A stretch of 64,000 bases of DNA, taken from positions 1,562-65,561 of the forward strand of contig CAJOMQ010000009.1 of NCBI GenBank assembly GCA_905236715.1, written 5' to 3'. The notes beneath the pieces were generated by a model. That model did not search any database. It worked only from the letters and a program-made list of their open reading frames with translations, and had not been told where the DNA came from. The position numbers and the translations under genes are program-made. Of the stretch, positions 38,126 through 49,040 are shown piece after piece. This DNA comes from an uncultured Bacilli bacterium. GTDB lineage: Bacteria > Bacillota_I > Bacilli_A > RFN20 > CAG-826. Every line of letters begins with the position of its first letter. The stretch's first letter is position 1.

Positions 38126-40225
38126 ATGAAAAGAAAATTTAACACCTTAATGGTTCTTTCTTCCGCTTTATTAGCGATGAGTGCTTTAGTGGGTTGTCAA
38201 CAAAACAACAATATAAGTTCCAGCACTTCTGATGAAGAATCATCTTCCACTTCATCATCTCAACAAGGAGATGTCTATTATCTCACCGCGGTAGGCCAAA
38301 ACGCTAACTATGCGAAATATTTGAGCAATATCGCTATTGATTCCAGTCGTGATGACGGATTTAAAGTACGTAACAGCCAATTCCGTGTTGGTGATGATAA
38401 TTCCTTCCAATTCAAACCCATTCTTACTGTGGTTGATGATGATTTTTTACCCGTTAGTAGTGATCGGTGGGACAAACCATTCGATATTAAGGTAGAAGTG
38501 AAAAATGGTGATAATTATGTCAATGCTGAAACAAGCTTATACGAAATCGTCGATGATAAGGAATGTATCATTAATTTTGCCGAAGAGGCGGTTGGAAAAA
38601 CCTTTAGATTAACCGTTGTTCCCACTGGCATTAGTGAAGAAAGCAAAACGAATTTTACTAAAGTATTAGAATTTGATGTCGTGGATGGATATAACGTCTA
38701 TGATGCGAAAGAAATCAGTTTATTAGAGACACGTCAAAGCAAAGACAATAGCGAAGAAATGGAATTGGATGCTTGGCCTAATTTTAAAACTGCCCACAAT
38801 ATTGATCCTGATTTAGCACCCAAAAATCTCATCTTGCAAAGCGATATAAGAATCACTTTAGATGATTTACCAGCAGAAGTTCTTTACGACGCAAATAAAC
38901 ACGGTGAAACTTATAAGGGCACCATGAGAGACTGGTCAGCCATCTATACTTTAGATACAAATAGAGAGATCACTTTATTTGGTAATTATTTCCAATTTGA
39001 TTTTTCTAATTTGCCTTTGATTACTTACTATGATTCGGGTTCTCATGTCAATTCTCATTCCGAATTATTTGCGGTACAAAAGGGTTCTTTCACCTTACAA
39101 GATATTAATGTCACCGGTAATTCGAAATACGCCACCAAAGATGGCGAAGATAAATATGCTGGTGGTTTGATGTTATTAAAAGCAAGAGATGCTTGTGAAG
39201 AAATCAACACTAATAACATCTTAGCAAGAGATTGTTTTATCACGATGATGGGCGAAAATACCACGACCGCAAAAGGTTATGTTGATTATGCCATCAATGA
39301 TTGTAAATTCTCCAATAATTACAATTCATTCTTATATAACTGGTCCGGTGTTATGACCGCCAAAAACACTGATTTTGTTAAAGTAGGTGGCCCGATTGTC
39401 ATTCAAGACCACACGAATGTTTCTAGTGGCGAAAAATATGAATCAGATGACTATACCACCATTAATGGTAAAACATCAAAAACCATCTTCAACAATTGTA
39501 AACTAGACAATTATGTCGCTGGATCGGAAGCTTGGTTTGTTCAATTTGGTGCCGATACAATTCTCGGACAAATTAAAGGTTTATCAGATCTTTATTCCTA
39601 TCATTTTGGCTTAACATTCTTATATGATGCCGATCAACACAAGCCTGTCACCACCGCAGCTCCTGTGCAAACTATCAACTTTATTGCCATCAATAAATCT
39701 GGTAATGCTGAAGGCCCCACCGTTGAACCTGCTTGTGGTGAAATAATCATCAATAACGATACCGAAGAAAATGATTTCAATTATTCCCAACCCACTTTAG
39801 ATGATTGCTATGCGGCCGCCACAGCACAAGCATTTGCCCAAGCAATCGCTGATGCGGGCACCGATCCTGCCAAATTGATGGAAGTAGCCAATGCATTTAA
39901 CGTACCATATAATAGTGAGGGTACTGACTTAGTAGACAATTTAACCGCCAAAGGTGTGGAATTACAAGAAGCCGCCAAAGTTTATATCACTCACGCTACC
40001 TTAAGAGGAGTTAATGCTGCTGGTGGTCCTGTCTTTGAAAGCGGAAAAGATTTTGCTTATTTTGATGGTTCGCACACATATTTGCAACCTCTTGATAATG
40101 CGCGCACCGGTGCCACTGATCCCATTTCCGAGACTGCTGATTTTGGCACTAAAGCTACTCATTGTACCGCTTTATACTATAACGGTATGATGATTATCTT
40201 AGGAATGGATAAATTGTCTGCTTAA
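38126..40225 (+). CDS. Large hypothetical lipoprotein (possible beta-helix region)
   Basis: LVGC lipobox, Ser-rich linker, AAGGAG SD. Confidence 0.8.
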   Translation: MKRKFNTLMVLSSALLAMSALVGCQQNNNISSSTSDEESSSTSSSQQGDVYYLTAVGQNANYAKYLSNIAIDSSRDDGFKVRNSQFRVGDDNSFQFKPILTVVDDDFLPVSSDRWDKPFDIKVEVKNGDNYVNAETSLYEIVDDKECIINFAEEAVGKTFRLTVVPTGISEESKTNFTKVLEFDVVDGYNVYDAKEISLLETRQSKDNSEEMELDAWPNFKTAHNIDPDLAPKNLILQSDIRITLDDLPAEVLYDANKHGETYKGTMRDWSAIYTLDTNREITLFGNYFQFDFSNLPLITYYDSGSHVNSHSELFAVQKGSFTLQDINVTGNSKYATKDGEDKYAGGLMLLKARDACEEINTNNILARDCFITMMGENTTTAKGYVDYAINDCKFSNNYNSFLYNWSGVMTAKNTDFVKVGGPIVIQDHTNVSSGEKYESDDYTTINGKTSKTIFNNCKLDNYVAGSEAWFVQFGADTILGQIKGLSDLYSYHFGLTFLYDADQHKPVTTAAPVQTINFIAINKSGNAEGPTVEPACGEIIINNDTEENDFNYSQPTLDDCYAAATAQAFAQAIADAGTDPAKLMEVANAFNVPYNSEGTDLVDNLTAKGVELQEAAKVYITHATLRGVNAAGGPVFESGKDFAYFDGSHTYLQPLDNARTGATDPISETADFGTKATHCTALYYNGMMIILGMDKLSA

Positions 40226-40240
40226 TTAGACAAAATAAAA

Positions 40241-40270
40241 AAAATTAGGAAGTCTATGACTTCCTTTTTT
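40241..40270. terminator. Rho-independent terminator between convergent genes (U-tract on the plus strand; possibly bidirectional)
   Basis: AGGAAGTC-tat-GACTTCCT followed by a T-run, with an A-run upstream. Confidence 0.8.
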
Positions 40271-40283
40271 ATTAATAAGCTTT

Positions 40284-41975
40284 TTATAAAACAGTAATAT
40301 TATGCCCGTATTGGGAAGTATCTTTTAAGATGTAAGTCGCACCCGTTACTTCTCCACTATTTTCAAAAACCACATTATTAGTGTATTCATTTTGATAATT
40401 GGAATAAGAAGCAGTTAATCTTTCTCCATAAAGAGAAAAATCTTGGAAAGTAACATTATTCACATAATGGGCAACTTGGGGATATTCGCTTCTATTTTCT
40501 AAGGAACCACGAACGGAAACAATTGGATGTTGTATACCACGATTTACTTTGACGTTTTTAATTAATATGGTATCCACACTACCGAGAGAAGTTTTCTTTT
40601 GTACTTCACTCCATGTTGGCGAATACATACAAGAAATATCGACAAGATAGCGATTGCCATTACCTTGTCCCATATCAGCGTTTTCAATGGTAATGCCATC
40701 ATATTTGACATTTGTCAGATTAGCGTTATTGGAATTATGAATGGAAATCGGTGCTAAATGGGTCGCTTTGGTGATCGTAATATTAGTAAAAGCAATATCA
40801 TTCATCACTTCCCCTACGCATTCATAACCAATTTCCATACATTGGGCTAAGTCGTTATAAATCATGCAATCAGAGAAATGGACATGATTCGTGGTACCTT
40901 CTTGGCTCCTATCTGACCATCTTGGATAATTTTTCACCACTAAAGAATCATCCCAAGAACGGACAAAAGAATTAGAAACATTGACATTTTGGCAAGATTG
41001 AATAGAGATTCCATCCCCATTAGCGCGGGAAGAGATAATTTTTGTATTATTGATGGTCACCCCATTACAAAAATACATGTTATAACACCATCCGGCGGGA
41101 TCTAAAATGCCAATGGAATCAAATTCCACATTATTACAATAATTAAAATCAATGGGTACTGTCACTTCACCAGTGCTCGCGTTTCTGACAAATGTAGAAC
41201 CATCAATAAAACCAGGGCCAAGTATTTTGATATTTGATTTTTGATAAGCATTAAATTTGGCCCGCACAATTGCCCCTTCTTCTAAATAAACCGTTTGATT
41301 AGAAGACAATTCAATGACATTACTACCATTTATGCGATTATCGTTATTTTTATCATGCACACCAGGTCCAAAATATAAAGAATTACTCGCGTTATATCCA
41401 CTATCTTTTAATTCGTTGACAAATAAGTGGAGAATCGCTCCATTTTTAAATTCAATAATATATTGACCGGGTGTATTAATGGTAAAAATACATACGCGAT
41501 AATCTTCATCAAGTGAATAGGAAACATTTCTTCCTAAAGGAGATATTTTACAAACACCCAAATATTTGAAAGTGGTCTGTAATTGAAAAGTAATTTCTCC
41601 TTCAATAGAAACACTAGCTACCGCGGCATCCGCGCGAGTCGCAGCGTCGGGAGAAAATGAATGGACATTATTCACTTTGACAGAATAAAGAGGAATTCTT
41701 TCTCCCGCCACGAATAAACGCATATTTGATGTATAATAATTCACTCCATTTACTTGCGAAGCAAAGCTAATTTTATTTCTTTTTTTCGTATCCTTTGGAT
41801 CATCTTTATAAGAAAGATAATCAGAAGGTAAAACAATAAAACCTTCCTCATCTTTTTGAAGATCTTTTTCTCCCCCGCTAGAACTAGAAGAATTGGAATT
41901 ATCTATTGGTTGAATCGCGCAAGAAGAGAGAAGAAATAAAGGAAATAAGGCATATATTAAATGATGTTTTATCAT
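40284..41975 (-). CDS. Lipoprotein beta-helix glycoside hydrolase (GH28-like)
   Basis: LSSC lipobox; YFGPGVH, NGDGISIQSC and RSWDDSLVVK motifs; paralogue of 54006-56651. Confidence 0.8.
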   Translation of the reverse strand: MIKHHLIYALFPLFLLSSCAIQPIDNSNSSSSSGGEKDLQKDEEGFIVLPSDYLSYKDDPKDTKKRNKISFASQVNGVNYYTSNMRLFVAGERIPLYSVKVNNVHSFSPDAATRADAAVASVSIEGEITFQLQTTFKYLGVCKISPLGRNVSYSLDEDYRVCIFTINTPGQYIIEFKNGAILHLFVNELKDSGYNASNSLYFGPGVHDKNNDNRINGSNVIELSSNQTVYLEEGAIVRAKFNAYQKSNIKILGPGFIDGSTFVRNASTGEVTVPIDFNYCNNVEFDSIGILDPAGWCYNMYFCNGVTINNTKIISSRANGDGISIQSCQNVNVSNSFVRSWDDSLVVKNYPRWSDRSQEGTTNHVHFSDCMIYNDLAQCMEIGYECVGEVMNDIAFTNITITKATHLAPISIHNSNNANLTNVKYDGITIENADMGQGNGNRYLVDISCMYSPTWSEVQKKTSLGSVDTILIKNVKVNRGIQHPIVSVRGSLENRSEYPQVAHYVNNVTFQDFSLYGERLTASYSNYQNEYTNNVVFENSGEVTGATYILKDTSQYGHNITVL

Positions 41976-43768
41976 AAAACACTATCGCCACTTTCTTTAT
42001 CGAATAAACAGACATAAGAGAAATCAAAAGAAATATCAATTTCTTCTTCTTTCTTAAATCTATCTAATCCCGTTGTGGAAATAATTAAATCATCATCTTT
42101 AAAGCCAGTAGAGGCATAAATAATCGTTTCTTCACCTAATTGTTCAAATAAAGAGATTTTTCCTTTAATTTTCTGATTAACATAAGATAAATCACCTTTG
42201 ACCGAAACCGCTTTGGGTCTGACACCTAAAGTGAGAATACTATTGATGTATTTATCATCAAGATTTTTCAATCTTTCTCTCGGCAATTTAATCTTAATAT
42301 TTTCATCTTTAGCAAATATCGCATAATAAGTCTGTTTTTCTTTGACTAATTTCACATCAAAAAAATTCATTTGTGGGGTGCCGATAAAGCCCGCGACAAA
42401 GATATTAACAGGATTAACAAAGATATCACTGGGACGACCAACTTGTTGAATATAGCCATCTTTTAAGACAACAATTTTACTGCCCATTGTCATTGCTTCG
42501 ATTTGATCGTGAGTGACATAGATGAAAATCGTTTTTAATTGATCATGTAAACGGGAGATTTCACTACGCATTTGTACACGCATCTTCGCATCTAAGTTAG
42601 ATAATGGTTCATCAAGTAAGAATACCTTTGGGTCACGAACAATCGCTCTTCCTAAGGCGACACGTTGTCTTTGTCCACCACTGAGGTTGGCGGGAAGGCG
42701 GTCTAAATATTCAGTTAAACCAATTTTCGCCGCTGCATCTTCAACGATTTTTTTGATTTCCGCTTTTCTTTGCTTGCGGTATTTAAAACGGAACCAATTT
42801 TTAAATTTATCTAATTCCACATTTAAGGGGAAAGCGATATTTTTTCTCACTGTTAAATGTGGATATAAGGCATAATTTTGGAAAACCATCGCAATATTAC
42901 GGTCTTTTTCTTGGGCATCAGTAATATCTTCGCCATCTAAAGTGATACTACCATCGGTGACTTCTTCTAAACCTGCGATCATTCTTAAAACTGTGGATTT
43001 GCCACATCCAGATGGACCGACAAAGACCACAAATTCTTGATCTTCAATATCTAGCGAAAAATCATGAATGGCTTCCACACCATTTGGATAAACTTTCTTT
43101 AAATGTGAGATGACCATTTTAGTCTTATTTGCTTGTTCCACGATATTTAATATTTCATCTAGTTCCTTTATTTTATAATCGCACTTATCATAACGAGAAG
43201 CATCACCAATTCCAACATTTTTAAAACCACCAGCGCATGCGGCATCGATACCACTAAAAGCATCTTCAATAACCATGCATTCTTTTGGTGATAAATTTAA
43301 CATTTCCGCGGCTTTTAAAAATACTTCGGGATCGGGTTTTGTTTTACTGATGTTATTGCCATCACTAATAGCGTCAAAAGCGTCCATCAGTTCGACTTGA
43401 TTAAGAATAAATTTAGTATTTTTGCTAGAAGAGCCAATGGCTAATTTATAGCCCTTTTCTTTTAGTTCCTTTAATGTGTTTCTCACATTATCGGATACAT
43501 CTTTTCTTTTTAATTCTTTTAATGATTCACGATAATAATTATTTTTTAAATCACAAAGAGCGGATTTTTCTTCTTCGCTATATTTTTTATCACTTTTTTC
43601 TAAAATGATTTCTAAAGACTCACGACGCGAAACACCTCTTAAACGATTGTTGATTTCTTCATCAAAATAGATGCCTTCTTTATCCGCCATAAACTTCCAG
43701 GCGCGATAATGGTATTTATCGGTGGATAATAAAACACCATCTAAATCAAAAATAATACCTTTAATCAT
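41972..43768 (-). CDS. pgmB: Beta-phosphoglucomutase (HAD) fused to an MsmK/UgpC-type sugar ABC ATPase
   Basis: IFDLDGV, LRGVSR, SSSKN, KPDPEVF and IED motifs, then in frame GPSGCGKS, LSGGQRQR and LLDEPLSNLDA. Confidence 0.9.
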   Translation of the reverse strand: MIKGIIFDLDGVLLSTDKYHYRAWKFMADKEGIYFDEEINNRLRGVSRRESLEIILEKSDKKYSEEEKSALCDLKNNYYRESLKELKRKDVSDNVRNTLKELKEKGYKLAIGSSSKNTKFILNQVELMDAFDAISDGNNISKTKPDPEVFLKAAEMLNLSPKECMVIEDAFSGIDAACAGGFKNVGIGDASRYDKCDYKIKELDEILNIVEQANKTKMVISHLKKVYPNGVEAIHDFSLDIEDQEFVVFVGPSGCGKSTVLRMIAGLEEVTDGSITLDGEDITDAQEKDRNIAMVFQNYALYPHLTVRKNIAFPLNVELDKFKNWFRFKYRKQRKAEIKKIVEDAAAKIGLTEYLDRLPANLSGGQRQRVALGRAIVRDPKVFLLDEPLSNLDAKMRVQMRSEISRLHDQLKTIFIYVTHDQIEAMTMGSKIVVLKDGYIQQVGRPSDIFVNPVNIFVAGFIGTPQMNFFDVKLVKEKQTYYAIFAKDENIKIKLPRERLKNLDDKYINSILTLGVRPKAVSVKGDLSYVNQKIKGKISLFEQLGEETIIYASTGFKDDDLIISTTGLDRFKKEEEIDISFDFSYVCLFDKESGDSVL

Positions 43769-45857
43769 CTTGTCTCTCCTTTATCGTATATGAACCATTT
43801 TTATGGACTGTTATCACATATTTTTTCTTTCTAAATTTTATATTCATCGTTATTTCTTTAAACGTTTTTGGTAAATGTGGATCTAAATATATTTGTTCTC
43901 CGTTATATGAAAAGCCTAGACAACCATATAAAAGGGAAAGATAGGCCCCACCACTAGAGGCGATATGGGTGCCACCAATATAAATGCCACCAGCGTATAT
44001 TTTTTGGGAACCGACAATATCAATTTCGGCGCTTTTCTTAAACATCTCATATCCTTCTTTGACGTGGGATAAGCGGAACGCTAACCGCGAATACATACCA
44101 CTAGATAAACTAGAACCATGTTCCGTTTTTGGATAATAATAGGCAAAATTAGCCTCTTTTATATCGGAATTGAATTCTTTATCAAATAAGGCAATTAAAG
44201 CGCATACATCGGCTTGTTTGATGATTTTTGTGTGGCTAGCCACTCCATATTCACCACCCCAATATTCTTTTGGGTCTTTAATTCTTTTTCTTAAATCAGA
44301 TAAAGAAACATCTTCTAAGGCAAAATAACCATCAAATTGTTCAATAACGCTATCTTTTATATTTAACAAACATAGGTTGTTCGCGAAATCTTCTAATTTA
44401 TTAATATCATCAACATGTAATGATTGAGGATTTACCTTTTTATCTTTTAAATATTTGATGACTGTTTGAACAGCATATTTAGTCAAATAATTGGTAAAAG
44501 CATTGTCATTAATTCTTTCATGATATTCATCGGGACCGATGACATCATAAATGTGCCATTTACCATCTACTTTTTTCGCATAAGAGAGGAAGAATAAAGC
44601 ACATTGATAAATGACTTCTAATCCGCCTTCATTTAAAATTTCGGAATCTCCTGTTACTTCAATATATTTATCAAAGGCATAAACAATATCCGCGGAAATA
44701 TGAATTTGTTTTTCATTGAAATAGGTGCGGATTGGTGCGCCGGTTTTGGGATCAGTGACATTATATTTAGAGCAGGCTTCCAGTCCACTATCTTGACTTT
44801 CCCAAGCATAAAAGGCTCCTTGATAGCCAAATTCTTTCGCCTTAGCCATCGCGCCCGATAAGGTATTAATACGATAAATAAGAGAATTTCTCGCGACAAT
44901 TGGATTAGTCAAAGCATAAAAGGGAATTAAAAACATTTCGCTATCCCAGAAAATAGCCCCTTTATATGTTTGTCCACTACATCCACGTGCGGGAATGCCA
45001 CGACATCTATTAGCATCACCGGCGCTTAATAGTTGATATAAGGAAAAGCGCATCGCTAAATCGGCTTTTTTATCACCTTTGATTTCAATATGAGCTTGTG
45101 AATATTTTTCAAAGAAGGCATCGCAATGTTCTTTTAATAAATGATTAAATCCAGAAGCGGTAATTTTTCGAATATCATCTTTTCTTTCTTCTTCCACGAT
45201 GGCGAATATAACAAAAGAGAATTTTTCGCCTTTATTTAGGTGAATATCTTTTTTATAAAGAGATTTTTGATATTCTTCATATCCTTTAACATTGTGGAAA
45301 TAAGAAAGATATAAATCTTTTCCTTCATTTGTCATTCCATTAAATAAGATGACATTTTTATTACGTTTAATATTTTCTTTTTGAAAATGTGGACCATTTA
45401 TTTCATAAATATCTGTATCTAAACCAAATATGATACTTAATTGCACATCTTCTTTAGCGGTAACATCATATTTTTCACTGAGCAAAGAATCATTTTTATG
45501 CGAAACAAATCTTTTAGAATTAATAATGATTTGGGAAAATTCGGTGTGTCTAGATAAATAACCTTTGGTTAAATCTAAAGATAAAAAATGTGATAATGGT
45601 TTTTCTTTTAATACGGAAATTTCTTTTCCATCAACAAAACATTTGATAAAGAAAGGATTGGGGAGATTAATTGATTCTCTCCATTTGTCTTGATATTGGT
45701 CATAAACACCAACGAGATTAAGACTCACTAATTGGGCTTTATCATATTCTTCTAAAGTGCCGCGATAGCCGAGGTGGCCATTAGCCAAAAGGAAAGAATT
45801 ACCATCATTGATGATATTTTCTTTTATATATCCTTTTTTAACTAAATGTTTTTGCAT
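43761..45857 (-). CDS. GH65 glycoside phosphorylase (nigerose phosphorylase-like)
   Basis: NGHLGYRG, ARGCSGQTYKGAIFWDSE, GPDEYHE, KQAD and HGSSLS motifs. Confidence 0.9.
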   Translation of the reverse strand: MQKHLVKKGYIKENIINDGNSFLLANGHLGYRGTLEEYDKAQLVSLNLVGVYDQYQDKWRESINLPNPFFIKCFVDGKEISVLKEKPLSHFLSLDLTKGYLSRHTEFSQIIINSKRFVSHKNDSLLSEKYDVTAKEDVQLSIIFGLDTDIYEINGPHFQKENIKRNKNVILFNGMTNEGKDLYLSYFHNVKGYEEYQKSLYKKDIHLNKGEKFSFVIFAIVEEERKDDIRKITASGFNHLLKEHCDAFFEKYSQAHIEIKGDKKADLAMRFSLYQLLSAGDANRCRGIPARGCSGQTYKGAIFWDSEMFLIPFYALTNPIVARNSLIYRINTLSGAMAKAKEFGYQGAFYAWESQDSGLEACSKYNVTDPKTGAPIRTYFNEKQIHISADIVYAFDKYIEVTGDSEILNEGGLEVIYQCALFFLSYAKKVDGKWHIYDVIGPDEYHERINDNAFTNYLTKYAVQTVIKYLKDKKVNPQSLHVDDINKLEDFANNLCLLNIKDSVIEQFDGYFALEDVSLSDLRKRIKDPKEYWGGEYGVASHTKIIKQADVCALIALFDKEFNSDIKEANFAYYYPKTEHGSSLSSGMYSRLAFRLSHVKEGYEMFKKSAEIDIVGSQKIYAGGIYIGGTHIASSGGAYLSLLYGCLGFSYNGEQIYLDPHLPKTFKEITMNIKFRKKKYVITVHKNGSYTIKERQDD

Positions 45858-45858
45858 A

Positions 45859-48111
45859 TTAAATGATTATTTCCTCATTGATGTGATAAAGTTCACCTTT
45901 AATCATCATGTCGATAGGTTCTCCTATAACACGAATGGAGGTGTGCTCTTTTTCCACTTTAAAAATGATATTAGACTCACGATAACGGATATTAACTTGA
46001 TAACTCTTCCACCGCTTCGGCAAATAAGGATTAATAGAAAGAACCTTATCATCACTTCTTAAGCCTAAAAAACCATAGACGATATTCATCCACGCGGCGG
46101 CGATAGAAGTCATATGTAATCCTTCTTTGGTGTTACGATTATAATCATCTAAATCTAATCTCGTGGCAAAGCCAAAGAAATTTAAAGCTTCATCATATTT
46201 GCCTAATTCGGCGGCAAAAATAGAATGAATAGATGGTGATAATGATGATTCATGAATACAGCGTGGTTCATAAAATTCATAATTAGCCTTGATTTGTTCA
46301 TAAGTGAAATCATGATGATATAAGAACATAAACATCAAAACATCAGGCTGTTTAATCATGTCATTACGATAAATGCGGTCATAAGACCAATGTGAATATA
46401 AGGGGAAATCTTCTTGTGGGATTTCATCGACATCGATATGGGGTAAATCATAATAACCCATATGTTGTTCAAATAATTTGGTCTTATCATCATAAAGAAT
46501 GCGCATGTGGGTAACCGCGGATTTCATATCGGCGATGAATTTATCGTTATAACCTAATGAGGTGATTAAATCTTTCTTCTTATCTTTGTAGCTAAATAAT
46601 ACTTCGAGGGTGTAGGCCATAATTTTCTTATTCATGAAATTGGTGTAAGTATTATGGTTGACCATCACTTCAAATTCATCAGGTCCCATCACTCCATAAT
46701 ATCCAAAAGCGGTATGATCATTATTCCATTGACCTCTGGTATATAAGAATTTGCTAATTTCTAATAGCATCTCTAAACCATATCTATCCATGAATTCTTC
46801 ATCGTGATAAATATTCATATAATGGAAGATGGCATAGCCCACCGCACTGGTGGGTTGTAATTGCGTAGAAGCGTGTTGCCATAAAGTACAAGCTTCTTCC
46901 CCGTTTCGTGTAGCAATCGGATAACAAGCACCTTCACAATCAAGGTCTTTCGCTCTTTTTTTGGCGTCTTCTAATGTGTGATAACGGAATAAAATAAGGT
47001 CTTTCGCGGCTTTTTGGTTAGAAAATAAATAATATGGCAAGCAATATGTTTCACTATCCCAGAAAGCATGACCAGAATAAGCCTCTCCCGTCAGTCCTTT
47101 CGCACCGATATTATTATCTTCGGCAAAGCCGTGATAGGCTTGTTGCATATTGAATAAGCAGAAACGAATGCCTTGAGCATCTTCTTCGTTGCCTTCAATT
47201 TGAATATCACTCATCGCATAGGCTTCTTGGAAGAAATCACTATTTTCTTTTAAAAGTCCTTTTATTCCTTTTTCTTCTAATTGTTTTAATTCAATATGGG
47301 CTTCTTTTTCTAATTGAATAGCCTTTTGATCACTATTTTTATCCGCGATATTAACGACATAACGGATAAATTCATATGATTGATTTTTCTTTAAGGTACC
47401 GGAATAAGATAAAGATACTTCTTTTTCTTGTTCGGAATATGTTCCTTTAAAAGGAGAAATCACTTTCATAGAAGTTAATAAAGATTGTTTAGTTCTTGGT
47501 GTTTTAATAAATAAAGTGGCACCACAATCTGCGGGTTTTTCATATCCTCTTTCCCAATAACAATGATTGCCCCAATGGAGAATATTACCATCAAGATAAA
47601 AAGCGATATCCAATTGAGCGTCATAATTACTTTTAAAAGAAATCGTTTGTATCGCTTGATAATGCGATTCCATGCCGAGTAATCTTTGAAATGATATTTC
47701 TACTTCCCCTTTTTTGGTGATAAGAATGAAGCTTCTATTTAATAATCCATTACGCATATCTAAAATGCGCTTGAAATCCTTTATCTCGTTGGTGGCTAAA
47801 TCTAATTTTTCTCCATCAATAACAATTGAGCATTTCAAATAATTGGTGGAATTAATCGTGAAATGGCCTCTTTTAGCGATGCCTTTATAAGCATTAGGGG
47901 TGTCATCTAATGAATATTCAATAATGCCGTTATAATAAGTGCCAATTAAAGAAGGTAAAGAAACCCCTTCTTCGAAGAAACCACGGACACCACTATATTC
48001 GTTACCAAGAGAAAATAATGATTCACTAACCATATTTTTTTCTTTATGGAAACCTAATTCAATAATACGATTAGGATCTACTTGGAGATATTTGGAAGAT
48101 ATTTTGCCCAT
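45859..48111 (-). CDS. GH65 glycoside phosphorylase
   Basis: ESLFSLGNEY, AKGLTGEAYSGHAFWDSE, GPDEF, KQPD and HESSLS motifs. Confidence 0.92.
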   Translation of the reverse strand: MGKISSKYLQVDPNRIIELGFHKEKNMVSESLFSLGNEYSGVRGFFEEGVSLPSLIGTYYNGIIEYSLDDTPNAYKGIAKRGHFTINSTNYLKCSIVIDGEKLDLATNEIKDFKRILDMRNGLLNRSFILITKKGEVEISFQRLLGMESHYQAIQTISFKSNYDAQLDIAFYLDGNILHWGNHCYWERGYEKPADCGATLFIKTPRTKQSLLTSMKVISPFKGTYSEQEKEVSLSYSGTLKKNQSYEFIRYVVNIADKNSDQKAIQLEKEAHIELKQLEEKGIKGLLKENSDFFQEAYAMSDIQIEGNEEDAQGIRFCLFNMQQAYHGFAEDNNIGAKGLTGEAYSGHAFWDSETYCLPYYLFSNQKAAKDLILFRYHTLEDAKKRAKDLDCEGACYPIATRNGEEACTLWQHASTQLQPTSAVGYAIFHYMNIYHDEEFMDRYGLEMLLEISKFLYTRGQWNNDHTAFGYYGVMGPDEFEVMVNHNTYTNFMNKKIMAYTLEVLFSYKDKKKDLITSLGYNDKFIADMKSAVTHMRILYDDKTKLFEQHMGYYDLPHIDVDEIPQEDFPLYSHWSYDRIYRNDMIKQPDVLMFMFLYHHDFTYEQIKANYEFYEPRCIHESSLSPSIHSIFAAELGKYDEALNFFGFATRLDLDDYNRNTKEGLHMTSIAAAWMNIVYGFLGLRSDDKVLSINPYLPKRWKSYQVNIRYRESNIIFKVEKEHTSIRVIGEPIDMMIKGELYHINEEIII

Positions 48112-48114
48112 ATT

Positions 48115-49035
48115 TCACTCCTTCATACCGCTTTGGGCATTGGAGCCCATGATTTGTTTTTGGAAAATTAAGAACATGATGACCTGGGGAATAATTGATA
48201 ACACTAAAACTAAAAGGAATTCACTTTCATCTAATGTCTCGCTAGACATGTTATAAATACCCACCATAAGGGTTTGTAAGGAGCCATTACCTAAAACGAG
48301 ATATGGTAATAAGAAATCAGAATAAGAAGCGGTCATCGAGAAAATAGCGACAATACCGATAATTGATTTAGATAATGGTAAAACCACACGAATGAAAATA
48401 CCCATTTCTCCATAGCCATCCATTCTTGCCGCTTCAATAAGTGATTGCGGAATTTTGGCAAAATGGTCTTTAAAGAGCATGTAATAATAAGCATTAGCAC
48501 CATAAGATAACCAAAGAGAGAGCATGGTTAAGTAACCGATATCGGGGTTAGTTAATCCCATTTTAGAAATCTGCAAGAATAAAGGAACAATATTTAAAAT
48601 AGAAGGAATCATATAGCCAAGAAGCACTAATTTATCCACTACTTTATATCCAAATGGTTTTATGATGGTGGTAGCATATGCGAGCATCGCATTGAACACG
48701 ACTGCGCAGATAACGCAGCCTATCACCATGATAAAAGTATTTAAATAATAATTAGTGAAATTCACTTTTTGCCATAGATCGATAATTTTTTGGAAAGTGA
48801 AATGTTGCGGGAAGAAATGATAATCGGTGGAATTGATTTCTGTCACCGTTTTCATTGATGTGAAAAATAAATAAATAAAAGGCATAATAGCGATCAAAGA
48901 AAAGATCACTAAAAAGGCAATGATAAAGCCATAAGCCACTTTATTTTGTGGTTGACGATAATCGGAGAAGCTTAAAACTCCGGTCATTTTATTTTTTAAA
49001 GTAGGACGTGGTTTTTTATTTTTCTTTTTCTTCAT
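48115..49035 (-). CDS. Carbohydrate ABC transporter permease (MalG-like)
   Basis: LIEAARMDG EAA loop. Confidence 0.92.
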   Translation of the reverse strand: MKKKKNKKPRPTLKNKMTGVLSFSDYRQPQNKVAYGFIIAFLVIFSLIAIMPFIYLFFTSMKTVTEINSTDYHFFPQHFTFQKIIDLWQKVNFTNYYLNTFIMVIGCVICAVVFNAMLAYATTIIKPFGYKVVDKLVLLGYMIPSILNIVPLFLQISKMGLTNPDIGYLTMLSLWLSYGANAYYYMLFKDHFAKIPQSLIEAARMDGYGEMGIFIRVVLPLSKSIIGIVAIFSMTASYSDFLLPYLVLGNGSLQTLMVGIYNMSSETLDESEFLLVLVLSIIPQVIMFLIFQKQIMGSNAQSGMKE

Positions 49036-49040
49036 AAAAA

